Virus record (IMG/VR): IMGVR_UViG_3300042923_001406
From: an uncultured virus (IMG/VR IMGVR_UViG_3300042923_001406)
Lineage: Duplodnaviria > Heunggongvirae > Uroviricota > Caudoviricetes
Strand: one strand, 5' to 3'
DNA: 64,000 nucleotides
Below the pieces are notes generated by a model. It ran no database searches. It was not told where the DNA came from and saw only the letters and a program-made list of their open reading frames with translations. Both the position numbers and the translations under genes were made by a program. Below, one piece after another: positions 10,701 through 21,129 of the stretch. Within the stretch, counting starts at the first letter, position 1. Each line of letters opens with the position of its first letter.

Positions 10701-12834
10701 TGAAAATGGTGAGAATTATTTACAAAGAAATTATTTATTTAATGATATACCAGTTAATCCACAAAGACCATCTATAGCAGATTCTAAATTATTAGAGGTA
10801 TTGTACAATAATCAAATAATTATACTTAATCAAAATGGATATGATTTTCAACAAAGAGTATGGTTAATAACAGAGGTACTAAGAGGTGCACCTCTGGAAA
10901 ATATAGATAAGGTAAAAGAAGGAATACAAGGTAATCGTTCTATAAATAAATATGGTTTATACATGAGTTACAAGTTAGATGAACTAGCAGATATGTTATT
11001 GCCTACAACTAATGGAAATTCAATAATAAGTATGCCAAACTTATCTTTTATACCTGGAATAGAATATATAATTTTATTTGGTTATAAAGCTATATTATTA
11101 TTTTTTATTATTTACATAATGTATAGAATTTATATAGATACTGTAGGTGGATTATTAGGTATAAAGACATTTAGTAGTTGTGTAAGTACAATAGTTGTAT
11201 TTATAATATGTATATCTTTAGTTCCTAATATAATTTCTATGTCTTACAATGAAACAAATAAAATATTTTTACAAGATGAAATAAAATATCTTAATCTATT
11301 AAACAGGGAAAAATCTTTGGATGGGAGAGAGATAAGTGCTATTGGTGTTACTGAACCAAAGTCACAAACAAAACTATATTTAAAATTAGATGCAGTAAAT
11401 ATACCATGGTACAAATTATTAGATGAAGTAATGTTTAGTTCTGTAACAACAAAATTAAGTGAGTTATATGAAGACGAATTAGAGAAAAATATATTATATG
11501 GTTTTGAAGATGTACAAGTATTAAACGATGGAGTATATTTAGACATACAAGATATTTTTGATTCTTCTAGTATAGTTTATAATAATAATCAAAAATTTTT
11601 ATATCAAAATATAAATAAAACTACAACTTCTTCATACTTCATACCATATTATTATATAATGGATAATTTGTTATCATCTATAAATATTTATAATATGGAT
11701 AATGGTATAAACAATATAACTACAAAAATACAATCAGATGGTAGTGTTAAAACAATGGGTATGATTGGAGATTATTTGTTATCAGAATTATTTTTATTAG
11801 AAGTACAAGACCCATTAGGATTATATGAGTTATATGGTATAGATGTTAGTGAAAAGCCACAATATATGGAAGTAAGTTACGAAGATTCAAGTGTAAGTAA
11901 GTCTTCTATGTGGTTTGTAAGAGATCAATATAGTGCAAAAGATGTTTCATCAAGGATAGAACAATTATATTCTTATATGCGTTCATACGTAGCTGAAAAT
12001 AGAGACATGATTGGACGTGTTACAGATGAAACATTTATAAAAACAATGATGTTAGATATATCGATAAAATATAATAACATATTTAAGATACCAGCAGCTA
12101 AAGGAATAGAAGTATTTAATATAGATAGTAGAGATTTGATAAGATTAAGTTCAGCTAACAAGAGTGATGTAATTATGAATTCATCTTATTCATTTGGGAG
12201 ATTCATATATGAAAAAAGTAGCGGTATAGGTGTAATATTTACAGCTGTATTATTAGGTATTCATTTTATAACATCTATAGTAAAACCAGCATTAAGCATA
12301 GGTTTAGTTTCATTATTAATATATAATTTATTAATAAAAAGAATGATTAAAGTAGATAAAACTAAAACTATAGAAGGATTATTATATTTAACATCTATAA
12401 TGGTTGTAATAAATTCAATATATGCATTGTTACTTAAATTAAGTATGTCTTTATGTAATTTTGGGTTAATACCATCTTTAAGTATTATAGCTCAAATTAT
12501 ATTGCAAGGAGTTTATTTATGGCTAATATATTTAGTAGTTATGTCAATATTTAAAGATTTTAGTAATTTTGGATATAATATATTTAATACTAGCATATTA
12601 TCTGCATCAGAATTTTTAACACATAAATTAATAAATAATGGTAATAGTATAATAAATACAAGAGAACAAAATAAGTATATAGAAGAAGCTAAACACAACA
12701 ATAATAATGAATTAAAAGATAGAGTTGATTCTAATGATTTGATGGAAGAATTAAAACGTAGAGATAACAAAAGAGAAAATGATACTGAAGATACGGCATT
12801 TATAGAAAAAATATTTAATGATTACAAAAAATAA
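7786..12834 (+). CDS. Very large polytopic membrane protein (1682 aa), possible VirB6-like T4SS channel component; true start may be the ATG at 7825
   Basis: Signal-like N-terminus; TM clusters at about aa 1090-1150 and 1480-1590; position in the VirB4 cluster; GGAG precedes 7825. Confidence 0.55.
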   Translation: MTIYKNYKDWSFKMKVHKRVLLLFCLFFIIINMINTEVLALDYSNIRDIVHSKDYGTGDNISENSSLYNNISNIKITDNNSYISYNNNTKLEDIKREYINLSLLQNLSTTNNDLDTINNALSKSGLFFKRNDFYIKDSYDNTNNNINEVILSSDIMYSLGTDNTYNNNAVDLITNTMDEEVLNKLKVLGLVRYEDKTGWDLTTNSNDSIGVVLYYNKLSDSDVKYYIRYYIYNKNNSSNKYGPSINESVNKVFVLNYDFTSIMKLLSNQNIDKDKYPILQYLKESYISTQEKILNGKRKEQAEIFEEYSTLTSKNSFIQNEFNKYNNWIVKYKTGELVPEELNSYNTSQLKQIGIYLNILNESGIFSLELSELLKNNYLIDISNFNNEGINTYNEKDLLSTISEANDIASLYSKQVISDYTNLDSINAELFYDLIRYRYAKISGAQERSLELQASDQRIVNTKLEDILIDKSKFKYNIINPSLMEQLNKLPYFENRNFNYSDYLDLIASIQSLEYYTKDLTSSGISEEGINNLLEEAINNSESSKKYNLTDRRLIKWVKTYKQIKEGLDWLSLEPWTTELKYIYDKYKDISKFEFEETLLDYDVDSETEPLKKFFSVKDSILSKHYLTGVALSSTYIPMQTNLYDPTSIRILKDEEWLKEFHIKYGFHRKALMIDNNVNSAVDKYISGSRDTYRVATLNDLLQYNKDIVLYIDDNFYNVEETSKMLDKVYNRLSNTEQAGITEETFEGTFNNLFDKGTEDILKTGPVNKYNKSLIDNTTSYGSKKPILDWNSLKEKLFTDGLLMQSGDGPNDIDNNEIKNEIDNSEYSIQQSYAVVSGIYRHKELANSLNSISDNIKPVFMSSPALFNIQGVPDYEFNTIYNYYMLRNLKYSLGIDYKTTLDLDNPIYIDIYGNIITESGLVVIPAASNATLYPRDTYNPYNIGFMYLYSKGDYITTNNFNVSDRLNYFIKDENGENYLQRNYLFNDIPVNPQRPSIADSKLLEVLYNNQIIILNQNGYDFQQRVWLITEVLRGAPLENIDKVKEGIQGNRSINKYGLYMSYKLDELADMLLPTTNGNSIISMPNLSFIPGIEYIILFGYKAILLFFIIYIMYRIYIDTVGGLLGIKTFSSCVSTIVVFIICISLVPNIISMSYNETNKIFLQDEIKYLNLLNREKSLDGREISAIGVTEPKSQTKLYLKLDAVNIPWYKLLDEVMFSSVTTKLSELYEDELEKNILYGFEDVQVLNDGVYLDIQDIFDSSSIVYNNNQKFLYQNINKTTTSSYFIPYYYIMDNLLSSINIYNMDNGINNITTKIQSDGSVKTMGMIGDYLLSELFLLEVQDPLGLYELYGIDVSEKPQYMEVSYEDSSVSKSSMWFVRDQYSAKDVSSRIEQLYSYMRSYVAENRDMIGRVTDETFIKTMMLDISIKYNNIFKIPAAKGIEVFNIDSRDLIRLSSANKSDVIMNSSYSFGRFIYEKSSGIGVIFTAVLLGIHFITSIVKPALSIGLVSLLIYNLLIKRMIKVDKTKTIEGLLYLTSIMVVINSIYALLLKLSMSLCNFGLIPSLSIIAQIILQGVYLWLIYLVVMSIFKDFSNFGYNIFNTSILSASEFLTHKLINNGNSIINTREQNKYIEEAKHNNNNELKDRVDSNDLMEELKRRDNKRENDTEDTAFIEKIFNDYKK

Positions 12835-13773
12835 ATGAAAGGAATAATTATAATGTTAAAGAGTAAAAATGAAAAGAAAGATAAAATTAATATATTACTT
12901 AACGTAAGTAATTTTTATGGTAAGTATACTGGTGGAGTTGGAAGAATATTACTATTTATAATATCTATAGTTATTCCTTTTATGATTTATGTTCTAGTAT
13001 TAATAAAATATATAAGATTTAAATACTTTTTATTTATATTTATATTATATTCAATAAGAATGTTTTTATTAATAATAGGTAAAGAAAAAGAAAAGTTGGA
13101 ATCATTTAAAAAACAAAAGAACGATGAATACTCTTCAGCAAAAGAGCTTATGAAAATAATGGAAATATATGAAGACGGTATGATTGAATATCAAAATGGA
13201 AATATATGTTACATAATACAAACTTATGGATATTCTTATATGAATGATAATCAATATTCTAAAGATATTGAAGATTTTTTATCTAAGTTAACAATTAAAT
13301 ATGATGTAGATGTATATGGCCATATTGTAGTAGGTGAAAATAGTATAAGTCAAGAAGATTTAGAAAAATTAAAGATATATACAGACAAAGAATATATGAA
13401 AGAAAGATTGGAATTTTATAAGTATCAAGAAAATTTTACTAATAATAATGTAAATTTATATAGGATAAATTATATTATAAATGGTAACAAGAATAAACGT
13501 AATATAATTAAAAAGGATATAAATAATATTATAAAGTCTGAATATTCAGAGTGTTTTGATATAATAAAATTATGTGATAGAAAAGAAGCTAATGATGTAA
13601 TTTCTAGAGATTTAACAGTATATGTTGATATAGAAGAAATGTTACATAATAAAATGAATTTAAATAATTATTTTGGATCAAAAGTTTTATATTTTGATGA
13701 ACCTAATATAGAAGATAATTTAGATAAAATAATATTTGAAAAAGAAGAGAGGAGAATAATTGATGATAAATAA
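12835..13773 (+). CDS. Two-TM protein with cytoplasmic C-terminus (PrgI/VirB3-like position)
   Basis: Two N-terminal TM helices; upstream of the VirB4-like gene. Confidence 0.45.
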   Translation: MKGIIIMLKSKNEKKDKINILLNVSNFYGKYTGGVGRILLFIISIVIPFMIYVLVLIKYIRFKYFLFIFILYSIRMFLLIIGKEKEKLESFKKQKNDEYSSAKELMKIMEIYEDGMIEYQNGNICYIIQTYGYSYMNDNQYSKDIEDFLSKLTIKYDVDVYGHIVVGENSISQEDLEKLKIYTDKEYMKERLEFYKYQENFTNNNVNLYRINYIINGNKNKRNIIKKDINNIIKSEYSECFDIIKLCDRKEANDVISRDLTVYVDIEEMLHNKMNLNNYFGSKVLYFDEPNIEDNLDKIIFEKEERRIIDDK

Positions 13774-14968
13774 AGATTTGATATTTATTGTATCTTCAAA
13801 CGTAGATGATACTATTAGAAATTCATCAATTCATTCAGATATAAAAGTATTCAAGACATTCAAATATCTTGAAGATTATATAGAAATAAATCCAGTAGAT
13901 GTTGATACTATAATAATAAATAGTAAAGATTTAATGTTTACTAATACTTCAATGAATAGAATTGTTAATATATTAAATTCAACATTTGTAACTTTATCAG
14001 GTTACTTATATTATTTAGTAGATGATGAAGAAATAAAAAACAAAGTAGATTTTTTATGTATTAAAAATAATTATAATAACATCAAATGTTTATACTTATC
14101 TACATTACATGCTAAAGATATTTCTGATATAATAACAGGTGAATCTTTACAGTCTAAAGAAACTATAACTGAAATAAAAACTTATAGAATAAGAGCTTCA
14201 GATTATATAAGACAACAGAAAGATAAAGAAGGACTAAATTATTCAGAAATATATGAAACAGATGAAGACGAATTATCTAATATAAAAGATGAGAGTATAC
14301 CTGAGGATTTAAGAGTAAGTATTAAAAAAAGAATAGAACGTGTTACAATATCAGGTGATTATATAAAAGAAAGAACATCATGGGTATTGCTTAAAGCACA
14401 ATATTTATCTACAATAGGTAAAGTATTATTATTAGAAAAAGATATAAATTATCATATTTTATATGATTACATGTCTAAATTAGAGATAGACTATGAATTT
14501 TTTGATATTAGTTTGTTATTTAGAGATTGTTATGATGTAATATCACAAATAAAATCATCAAAATCTAAAATAATATTAATAGGTTCAAAAAATAGAATAC
14601 AATATAATTATGATATTATTTTAAATATACTTTATTCTAATTTAAAAGAAGATTTAGATTATTATATTTATGAAACAAAATTAAATGAAATACCATATGG
14701 TAATGTAGTAGATTTAGTTATACCAACTAACGTACCTGATATATTAAGTAGTATAAACAATATGTCATCTATTTTATCATTTAAAGATATAAATTTTATA
14801 GGAATAAATATAAACAAATTAGGTCTTATTAATCTATCAGAATTAGAATTTACAAGTATATTAAAAGAATCATTACAAGAAAATGAAATTAATTCAAAAG
14901 TAGTTGAAACTAATGGATTAATATTAAGAAAGGAGATTGGATTAAGTGGAATTTTTATGTACAATTAA
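13760..14968 (+). CDS. Hypothetical protein with a possible degenerate ParA/MinD-like C-terminal fold
   Basis: RVTISG...LLKAQYLSTIGKVLLLEKD resembles a ParA/MinD N-terminus lacking the GKT. Confidence 0.45.
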   Translation: MMINKDLIFIVSSNVDDTIRNSSIHSDIKVFKTFKYLEDYIEINPVDVDTIIINSKDLMFTNTSMNRIVNILNSTFVTLSGYLYYLVDDEEIKNKVDFLCIKNNYNNIKCLYLSTLHAKDISDIITGESLQSKETITEIKTYRIRASDYIRQQKDKEGLNYSEIYETDEDELSNIKDESIPEDLRVSIKKRIERVTISGDYIKERTSWVLLKAQYLSTIGKVLLLEKDINYHILYDYMSKLEIDYEFFDISLLFRDCYDVISQIKSSKSKIILIGSKNRIQYNYDIILNILYSNLKEDLDYYIYETKLNEIPYGNVVDLVIPTNVPDILSSINNMSSILSFKDINFIGININKLGLINLSELEFTSILKESLQENEINSKVVETNGLILRKEIGLSGIFMYN

Positions 14969-16088
14969 TATAACTTCAGAAGATAAATTATCTAATAAAA
15001 ATTTTATAATGACATTAGAAGATTTAAACAAAATAGTTATAGATAATAAATCTAATAACAAAGTTATATTAAGAAAAGATTTTATAAATAAGTATTTCCC
15101 TTATAACCAAGTACAGGAGTTTAAAAATAATGTTTCCAAAATAAACCCTAATTTAATATTAGAGACGGAGAATTATACAATAAGTACAGAAGTTAATAAT
15201 GAAATTGTTAACTTAATAAAAGATAATATGAACAAAGATGATTTAACTATGTTATTACAATTTAAATCATATGAGTTTATAGAAACTATTTATAAGTTAA
15301 TAGAAAGATATGATGAAAATAAAAACTTTGAATTAGAAGGTGCATCAATAATATCTAGTTTAAGGGAAACAGTAGATCAATTGAATAACGAATTAAATAT
15401 AATAAAAGATAATTTAGATAAAGAAATAAAAAATAAATTAGATTTACAAAATAAGTTATCTGTATTAATAAATAGAATAAATTATACTCATAATATAGGT
15501 ATAAATGAAGATATGTTATTTAATTATGATAATAATAGTTACGATAAAGTTATATACATAAAAGAAATTACAAGAGTACAATATGTAGACACTCTTATAT
15601 TAATACTACAAGAGATATTAAGATTAATATATGGAATGCCTACTAGATTATTAATTATAGAAGGTTATTATTCTAACGGTAAAACTGCATTATATCCTAA
15701 TCTTAAACCACATTATAAATTAACTGAAAAAGATGTATTATCAGGAGATATATTGATGGTAGGTTATCAGCCTAAATTATTTAAAGATATAATGAATAAT
15801 CCATCTAATATATCAATTATAATTATACTTGATAGAGGTGGTTATTCAATACCACATTTAATAGGTGATAATGTTGAATATTTATTTACAGTATCTGATT
15901 TATCAGATTTAAAATATTTAGAAACTCATGTGCCTTTATCTAGAATAATATCTTATAAAGAAGACACTTTATATATACCACATATTAAAGATTTTAATAA
16001 ATTATCTATAAACCAACAAGTTCAAAAATATTCTTCTTTAAAAATAATGAAACAAATAATTTCATTAATAGAAGGCAGAAAGGAATAA
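14946..16088 (+). CDS. Hypothetical protein with a central coiled coil (380 aa)
   Basis: Heptad-rich segment at about aa 135-180; AAGGAG RBS, GTG start. Confidence 0.7.
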   Translation: MEFLCTINITSEDKLSNKNFIMTLEDLNKIVIDNKSNNKVILRKDFINKYFPYNQVQEFKNNVSKINPNLILETENYTISTEVNNEIVNLIKDNMNKDDLTMLLQFKSYEFIETIYKLIERYDENKNFELEGASIISSLRETVDQLNNELNIIKDNLDKEIKNKLDLQNKLSVLINRINYTHNIGINEDMLFNYDNNSYDKVIYIKEITRVQYVDTLILILQEILRLIYGMPTRLLIIEGYYSNGKTALYPNLKPHYKLTEKDVLSGDILMVGYQPKLFKDIMNNPSNISIIIILDRGGYSIPHLIGDNVEYLFTVSDLSDLKYLETHVPLSRIISYKEDTLYIPHIKDFNKLSINQQVQKYSSLKIMKQIISLIEGRKE

Positions 16089-16093
16089 ATATT

Positions 16094-18025
16094 ATGTCTA
16101 CTGGTAAAGAAAAATTAAAAAAGATTAATAATAAAATAAATAAAAATGAACAAGACAAGTTTATAAGATTAAAAATGTGGTTATCATATATAGTTTCATT
16201 AACAATAAAAGATAGAGGCACTATACCAGAAAATATAGGGAATAAAATATTAATACTTAATAATATGTACGTAACAAAACAATTTTTAACTACAGTAATA
16301 CATTTAGTTGAATTATCTTTAGATACACCAATAACTTTATTAGGAGAAATGGTTACTAATGAGTTGAGAAGAAATAATAATAGTGCTATGGTAGATTTTA
16401 TCATTAAAAATCAAAGAAAAGATATAGATTTAAATGATGCTGGATTAAAAAGTAGAATTGATTTATGGGAACGATCTGGTGATAATAAATATTTATTAGA
16501 GAAAAATAAAAAGAGAGCTGTTAGACTTCTATATACAATAGACCAAGTAAGAGAAGGACAAGAATTAATGGAATCTCGTATATTTCTAAAAGTTATGTCT
16601 AAAAATGGGACTGAATTAAATGATGCAGAAAAAATAATATATAAATATTTAGCATCAATAGGATGTATTTTTAAACCTATAAATTCTTCCTTAAAAGATT
16701 ACTTAAGTTATATATCTCTTATATCTAATTATAGAAGTAAAAATATAAAACAAATACCATCAGTAATAAATTCTAATAAAACTTTATCACAATTATTACC
16801 AAATACACATTCACCTGGAAATAATAAAGGTATACTATTAGGAATAAATGCAATAAATAATTTTCCATATAGAATAGATTTAAGAAAAATATCTATGGCT
16901 AGAAATATTTATTGTTTAACAGGATCAGGTGGTGGTAAAACTGTTTTGGCCATAAATGCATGTTCTTCAGCTTTAGAGGAAGGATTTCATATATGTATTA
17001 TGGATATTAAAGGTAATGAATTTAATACAGTAGTTGAATCTGTAAATGGTGCTACTATATCATTAAGAGAAAAATCAAATGAATATATAAACACATTTAT
17101 AATGTTAAAAGAAGAATCTACAGATGAAAATTCTGATATGTATTTTAAAAATAGAATAAATTTCTCAAAGAAACAAATGATAATATTATCAGGTATAAGT
17201 GATTCAACTAAAATAAATATATTAGATGGATTTTTAGATGAATTTTTAGATTATTTATATATTTCTTTAGGAGTAAAATCTAATAACAGGAATACTTGGG
17301 ATGAAACTTTAAAATTAAACCCTTATATTATATATGAATATATAGAAAATTATATTAATAAAGGAATAAAAGAAAAATATAAGGACATTATTACATATAT
17401 AACTACAAACTTAAAAATGTATTTTTCTAAAAATGGTTCTAAATCTTATATATTTACAAAAGAATTACAATATAAAGATTTATTAGATAGAAAAGCATTA
17501 AGATTCGATTTTGGCATGATTTCTAATAGTGGGTATGATAATACTATATTTAAATTAAAATTTGAATACATGTCAAGAATAAATGAAGAGTATGTAACTA
17601 AGAAATACAACCAGAATATAGATACTTTTAAGATATTAGAAGAGTCGCAGTCTATAACAGAGGATGTAATGAGTTTATATGCTAGAGAGTATACATTAAG
17701 AAGAGCACAAAATCAATCAACATTACTTCTAGGAAATTCTATAGATGCATTAATAAAAAGCAATAAATCTATGCCATTAATAGAAACTACTACAGGTATT
17801 TTAGTTGGTAAATTAAACAAAACTACGCTAGAATTATTTATTAAACACTTTGATGTTGGAAATAAAGAAGGTATAATAAGACATATGTCTAAAGATAACT
17901 CTTATATGAGGCATTTCTTATTTATAAATAATATGGAACCTAAATCTTTAACTCCAATATTAAAATTAGAATTAGACAGTGAAGTAAAGTATAAAGCTTT
18001 TACTCCAGTTAAGGAAATAATATGA
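16094..18025 (+). CDS. virB4: VirB4-like conjugation/T4SS ATPase
   Basis: Walker A GSGGGKT, following IMDIKGNEF motif, Walker B-like KILEESQ, downstream RRAQN; 643 aa. Confidence 0.75.
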   Translation: MSTGKEKLKKINNKINKNEQDKFIRLKMWLSYIVSLTIKDRGTIPENIGNKILILNNMYVTKQFLTTVIHLVELSLDTPITLLGEMVTNELRRNNNSAMVDFIIKNQRKDIDLNDAGLKSRIDLWERSGDNKYLLEKNKKRAVRLLYTIDQVREGQELMESRIFLKVMSKNGTELNDAEKIIYKYLASIGCIFKPINSSLKDYLSYISLISNYRSKNIKQIPSVINSNKTLSQLLPNTHSPGNNKGILLGINAINNFPYRIDLRKISMARNIYCLTGSGGGKTVLAINACSSALEEGFHICIMDIKGNEFNTVVESVNGATISLREKSNEYINTFIMLKEESTDENSDMYFKNRINFSKKQMIILSGISDSTKINILDGFLDEFLDYLYISLGVKSNNRNTWDETLKLNPYIIYEYIENYINKGIKEKYKDIITYITTNLKMYFSKNGSKSYIFTKELQYKDLLDRKALRFDFGMISNSGYDNTIFKLKFEYMSRINEEYVTKKYNQNIDTFKILEESQSITEDVMSLYAREYTLRRAQNQSTLLLGNSIDALIKSNKSMPLIETTTGILVGKLNKTTLELFIKHFDVGNKEGIIRHMSKDNSYMRHFLFINNMEPKSLTPILKLELDSEVKYKAFTPVKEII

Positions 18026-18852
18026 AGTTAATAAACAAAATTATCTATTTAGTAATAATTATGAATATATTAGTTATTGTATTTATTTATTTTGAAATAA
18101 GAGAAGAAATAGATTACTTTTCTAAAGAATTAGATGAATTAAATACTGCTAGTTATGTATCAAATGAATCATTTTTAATAGCATATAATAATTCTGAATT
18201 AAAGGAAAGTTATTCATTAAATAATATACAAATAACTGATTCAAATTCATTAAATTGGGAAAATTTAATTGAAAAACGTGAAGAAGTACTAAGTAAAGAA
18301 ATAATAAAAGAAAATGAAATACACAAATTAAATAATGATATAACAGTATTAAAATCCTTAGAGTTACCTTCTATATTTGATACGTCATTTAAGGGATATA
18401 TGTGTATACATAAATTAAGTTCTGTAAATTCTAAACAATATAATTTTTTAAACTCTGGTGAATATAATATAAGTTCAGATAATAATGGATTCATAAAATA
18501 TGGTAATTATTATGTAGTTGCTATGGGTTCATATTATCATGATAATAAAATAGGAACTACATTTAGAATTACTTTAGATTCAGGAGATAAATTTGATGTT
18601 ATTATAGGCGACGTAAAATCTAATAGTCATACAGATATAGAACATAAATATAGAGATAAGGGTAATAATAGAGGTGAAGTTATTGAATTTATAGTAGCTT
18701 GTGGTAAAGAAAATGAAGTTTGTACTTATTACAACACATTAAGTGATTCTAATAGAAGAATGGGTAATTTAAGTAATCTAGGATTTAAAGGTAATATAAA
18801 AACAATAGAAAGTTTAAATGATTTTAGTGTAGTTAATAAATTATATAAGTAG
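18022..18852 (+). CDS. Membrane-anchored extracellular protein, possible 3D/MltA-like cell-wall enzyme domain
   Basis: N-terminal TM; YYVVAMGSYY...IGTTFRITLDSGDKFDVIIGDVK. Confidence 0.45.
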   Translation: MKLINKIIYLVIIMNILVIVFIYFEIREEIDYFSKELDELNTASYVSNESFLIAYNNSELKESYSLNNIQITDSNSLNWENLIEKREEVLSKEIIKENEIHKLNNDITVLKSLELPSIFDTSFKGYMCIHKLSSVNSKQYNFLNSGEYNISSDNNGFIKYGNYYVVAMGSYYHDNKIGTTFRITLDSGDKFDVIIGDVKSNSHTDIEHKYRDKGNNRGEVIEFIVACGKENEVCTYYNTLSDSNRRMGNLSNLGFKGNIKTIESLNDFSVVNKLYK

Positions 18853-18860
18853 GTATTATA

Positions 18861-19868
18861 ATGATAAGTAGAAAAAATAAAAATAAAATTAATATTAAAT
18901 TATTACAATTTATAACTCCTATTTTAGGATTATTAGTAATATTTGTTACATTTGATTTACAAGCTTCACAAGAGTATATAATAAGTAATAATTATTCTAC
19001 TTTTAATCCATCTTATAAATCACAATTTAATAAATTAATAATTAATATATCAGAAGGAAAACCAACAGGAATATTATCATATGATGAAAAAGATTTAATG
19101 TTTGATGATATAATTGATATAACACCAGGATATGGGGATTTTAAAGATCTAGTTGAATCAACTGGAACCCCTGTATCAGGAGGTAGATATGTAAATGTAA
19201 TGAAATCAAATGGTAATATTCCTTTAAGTAAAACAGATGTTAAAACAAGTACATATACCAATTGGTTTACGTGGGATATATCAAGAAGACCGTTTATAAA
19301 TAGTACAATATTTAACAAAAATTCAGTATTATATAATAAATCAGGTGTTGTTAAATTATTTGATAGATATGTTCTTACAGCTATAGGAGAATATTGGAGT
19401 ATAAAATATGGTTTAGATAACCCACTAGGAAATACTTATAGAATAACACTAGATAATGGACAATCATATGATATAATAGTTATGGATATTAAAAGCGGAA
19501 ATGATAATCATGCTATTAAATATACTGTTAATAATAAAAATTATGCAATAGGACATTTAGTTGGTACAACTATAAATAATATAACATATTTTGATAATAT
19601 ATGTTTAACTGAATTTTATAGGATAGATATGGAACACAAAACTTATCCAGTTAATAATATAAATATACCAAATAATTATCCAAGTATAAACTATAGTACT
19701 TATTTTAATGAAATTAAAGACGATATTAATCATGTAAATATTAAAAATAATGCTGTAAACTCTATTAAAGAATTTAATGGTAATATAATATCTTTTCAAT
19801 TAATAAAAGATCCTAAAGTTGAAGATATATTAAAAGAAGCTAAAGAAGAAATAGATAAGTATGAATAG
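18861..19868 (+). CDS. Membrane-anchored paralogue of 18022..18852
   Basis: N-terminal TM; RYVLTAIGEYW...LGNTYRITLDNGQSYDIIVMDIK aligns with the preceding ORF. Confidence 0.5.
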   Translation: MISRKNKNKINIKLLQFITPILGLLVIFVTFDLQASQEYIISNNYSTFNPSYKSQFNKLIINISEGKPTGILSYDEKDLMFDDIIDITPGYGDFKDLVESTGTPVSGGRYVNVMKSNGNIPLSKTDVKTSTYTNWFTWDISRRPFINSTIFNKNSVLYNKSGVVKLFDRYVLTAIGEYWSIKYGLDNPLGNTYRITLDNGQSYDIIVMDIKSGNDNHAIKYTVNNKNYAIGHLVGTTINNITYFDNICLTEFYRIDMEHKTYPVNNINIPNNYPSINYSTYFNEIKDDINHVNIKNNAVNSIKEFNGNIISFQLIKDPKVEDILKEAKEEIDKYE

Positions 19869-19882
19869 GGGATGAGTAATTA

Positions 19883-20737
19883 ATGAAAATAAAAATAATA
19901 GGAGTATTTATATTACTTATTCTTTTATATGTTATGTTACCAATAGGAAGTAGTTATAGTATGGGAGATGTTTCTAACATATCTGTTAATAGTACACAAG
20001 GTTTTAGTAAAATTAAATTATCTTTAGATAGTTTTATAAATCAAGCTAAATTAAATAATAATCCTACAACAAGTTATATATTGTACCCATCAACATTTTT
20101 ATCAAGAGATTTAAAATGGGAAATAGGAGAATTAAAATTTAATAGTGGTGAATATTATTCAGATGGAAAATATCATAGAGCTATAGATTCAGGTATATCT
20201 AAAACTGGATATATAACATCATGTCCATCTGGGTATGGTTCTTGTACTGATAATATACTGTTATCTCCTGTTACTGGTAAGATAATAAAAGTAATAGATA
20301 CTACTTATAAGGCTAGAGAAAATTTTAGTCTTTATAACAAAGAAGGATATGTAGATTCAGTAATAATAATAGAAGCTACTGATGCACAAATAGGTAGAAA
20401 ATTTGAGATATATCATTTAGTTAATATTCCTAATTATATAAAAGTAGGTTATGAAGTAAAACAAGGAGATTATATTGGAACACAATGTTCTCAAGGTAAT
20501 TCTACTGGTTCTCATTTACACTTTTCAGTAAAACAAGGAGATTCAAGAATTAAAGTATCTACTTGGATTAATGATTTGATACTACATTCTTCAATATCAG
20601 ATATAAAAGATAATACTACTTCAACAATAGAAAAATCAGGTTGGACTAGTACTGTAATAGATAATCTAAATGATAGAGAACGTTATATGTTAGATTCACA
20701 AAACATAAATATACCTAATGAATTTATAATAAAGTAG
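19883..20737 (+). CDS. M23 family peptidoglycan endopeptidase
   Basis: HxxxD (HRAID), SPVTGKI, GNSTGSHLHF (HxH); signal/TM N-terminus. Confidence 0.85.
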   Translation: MKIKIIGVFILLILLYVMLPIGSSYSMGDVSNISVNSTQGFSKIKLSLDSFINQAKLNNNPTTSYILYPSTFLSRDLKWEIGELKFNSGEYYSDGKYHRAIDSGISKTGYITSCPSGYGSCTDNILLSPVTGKIIKVIDTTYKARENFSLYNKEGYVDSVIIIEATDAQIGRKFEIYHLVNIPNYIKVGYEVKQGDYIGTQCSQGNSTGSHLHFSVKQGDSRIKVSTWINDLILHSSISDIKDNTTSTIEKSGWTSTVIDNLNDRERYMLDSQNINIPNEFIIK

Positions 20738-20745
20738 GTGATAAG

Positions 20746-21129
20746 TTGGTTAAAAGAATTTTTGAATTTATAATAATATTATCTTGTTTAATATTATTAT
20801 TATTTTGGTATATACAAAAAGATACTACAGATTATAGAAATAATTTAGAATTTATACAATCTAAAATATATAATAATAAATTATTAGATTTTCAAAATGA
20901 AGTATCTGTAAGAAATATAGAAGATATAAAGTGGTATTATGATAAAGGTAATACAATATGTATAGAGTATGGTAAAATTTTACTTAAATTTAAGGTTTCA
21001 GATTTTATAAAAGATGATATACAAAAAGAGTTAAATAAAATATTTATAACAACAAAACAGCATAAAGAGACTAAAGAATTAAAACTATATTTTAGAGAAA
21101 AAGAGTTAAAAGAATATGTTAAAAAATAA
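20746..21129 (+). CDS. Hypothetical membrane-anchored protein
   Basis: N-terminal TM, AGGTG RBS. Confidence 0.7.
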   Translation: MVKRIFEFIIILSCLILLLFWYIQKDTTDYRNNLEFIQSKIYNNKLLDFQNEVSVRNIEDIKWYYDKGNTICIEYGKILLKFKVSDFIKDDIQKELNKIFITTKQHKETKELKLYFREKELKEYVKK

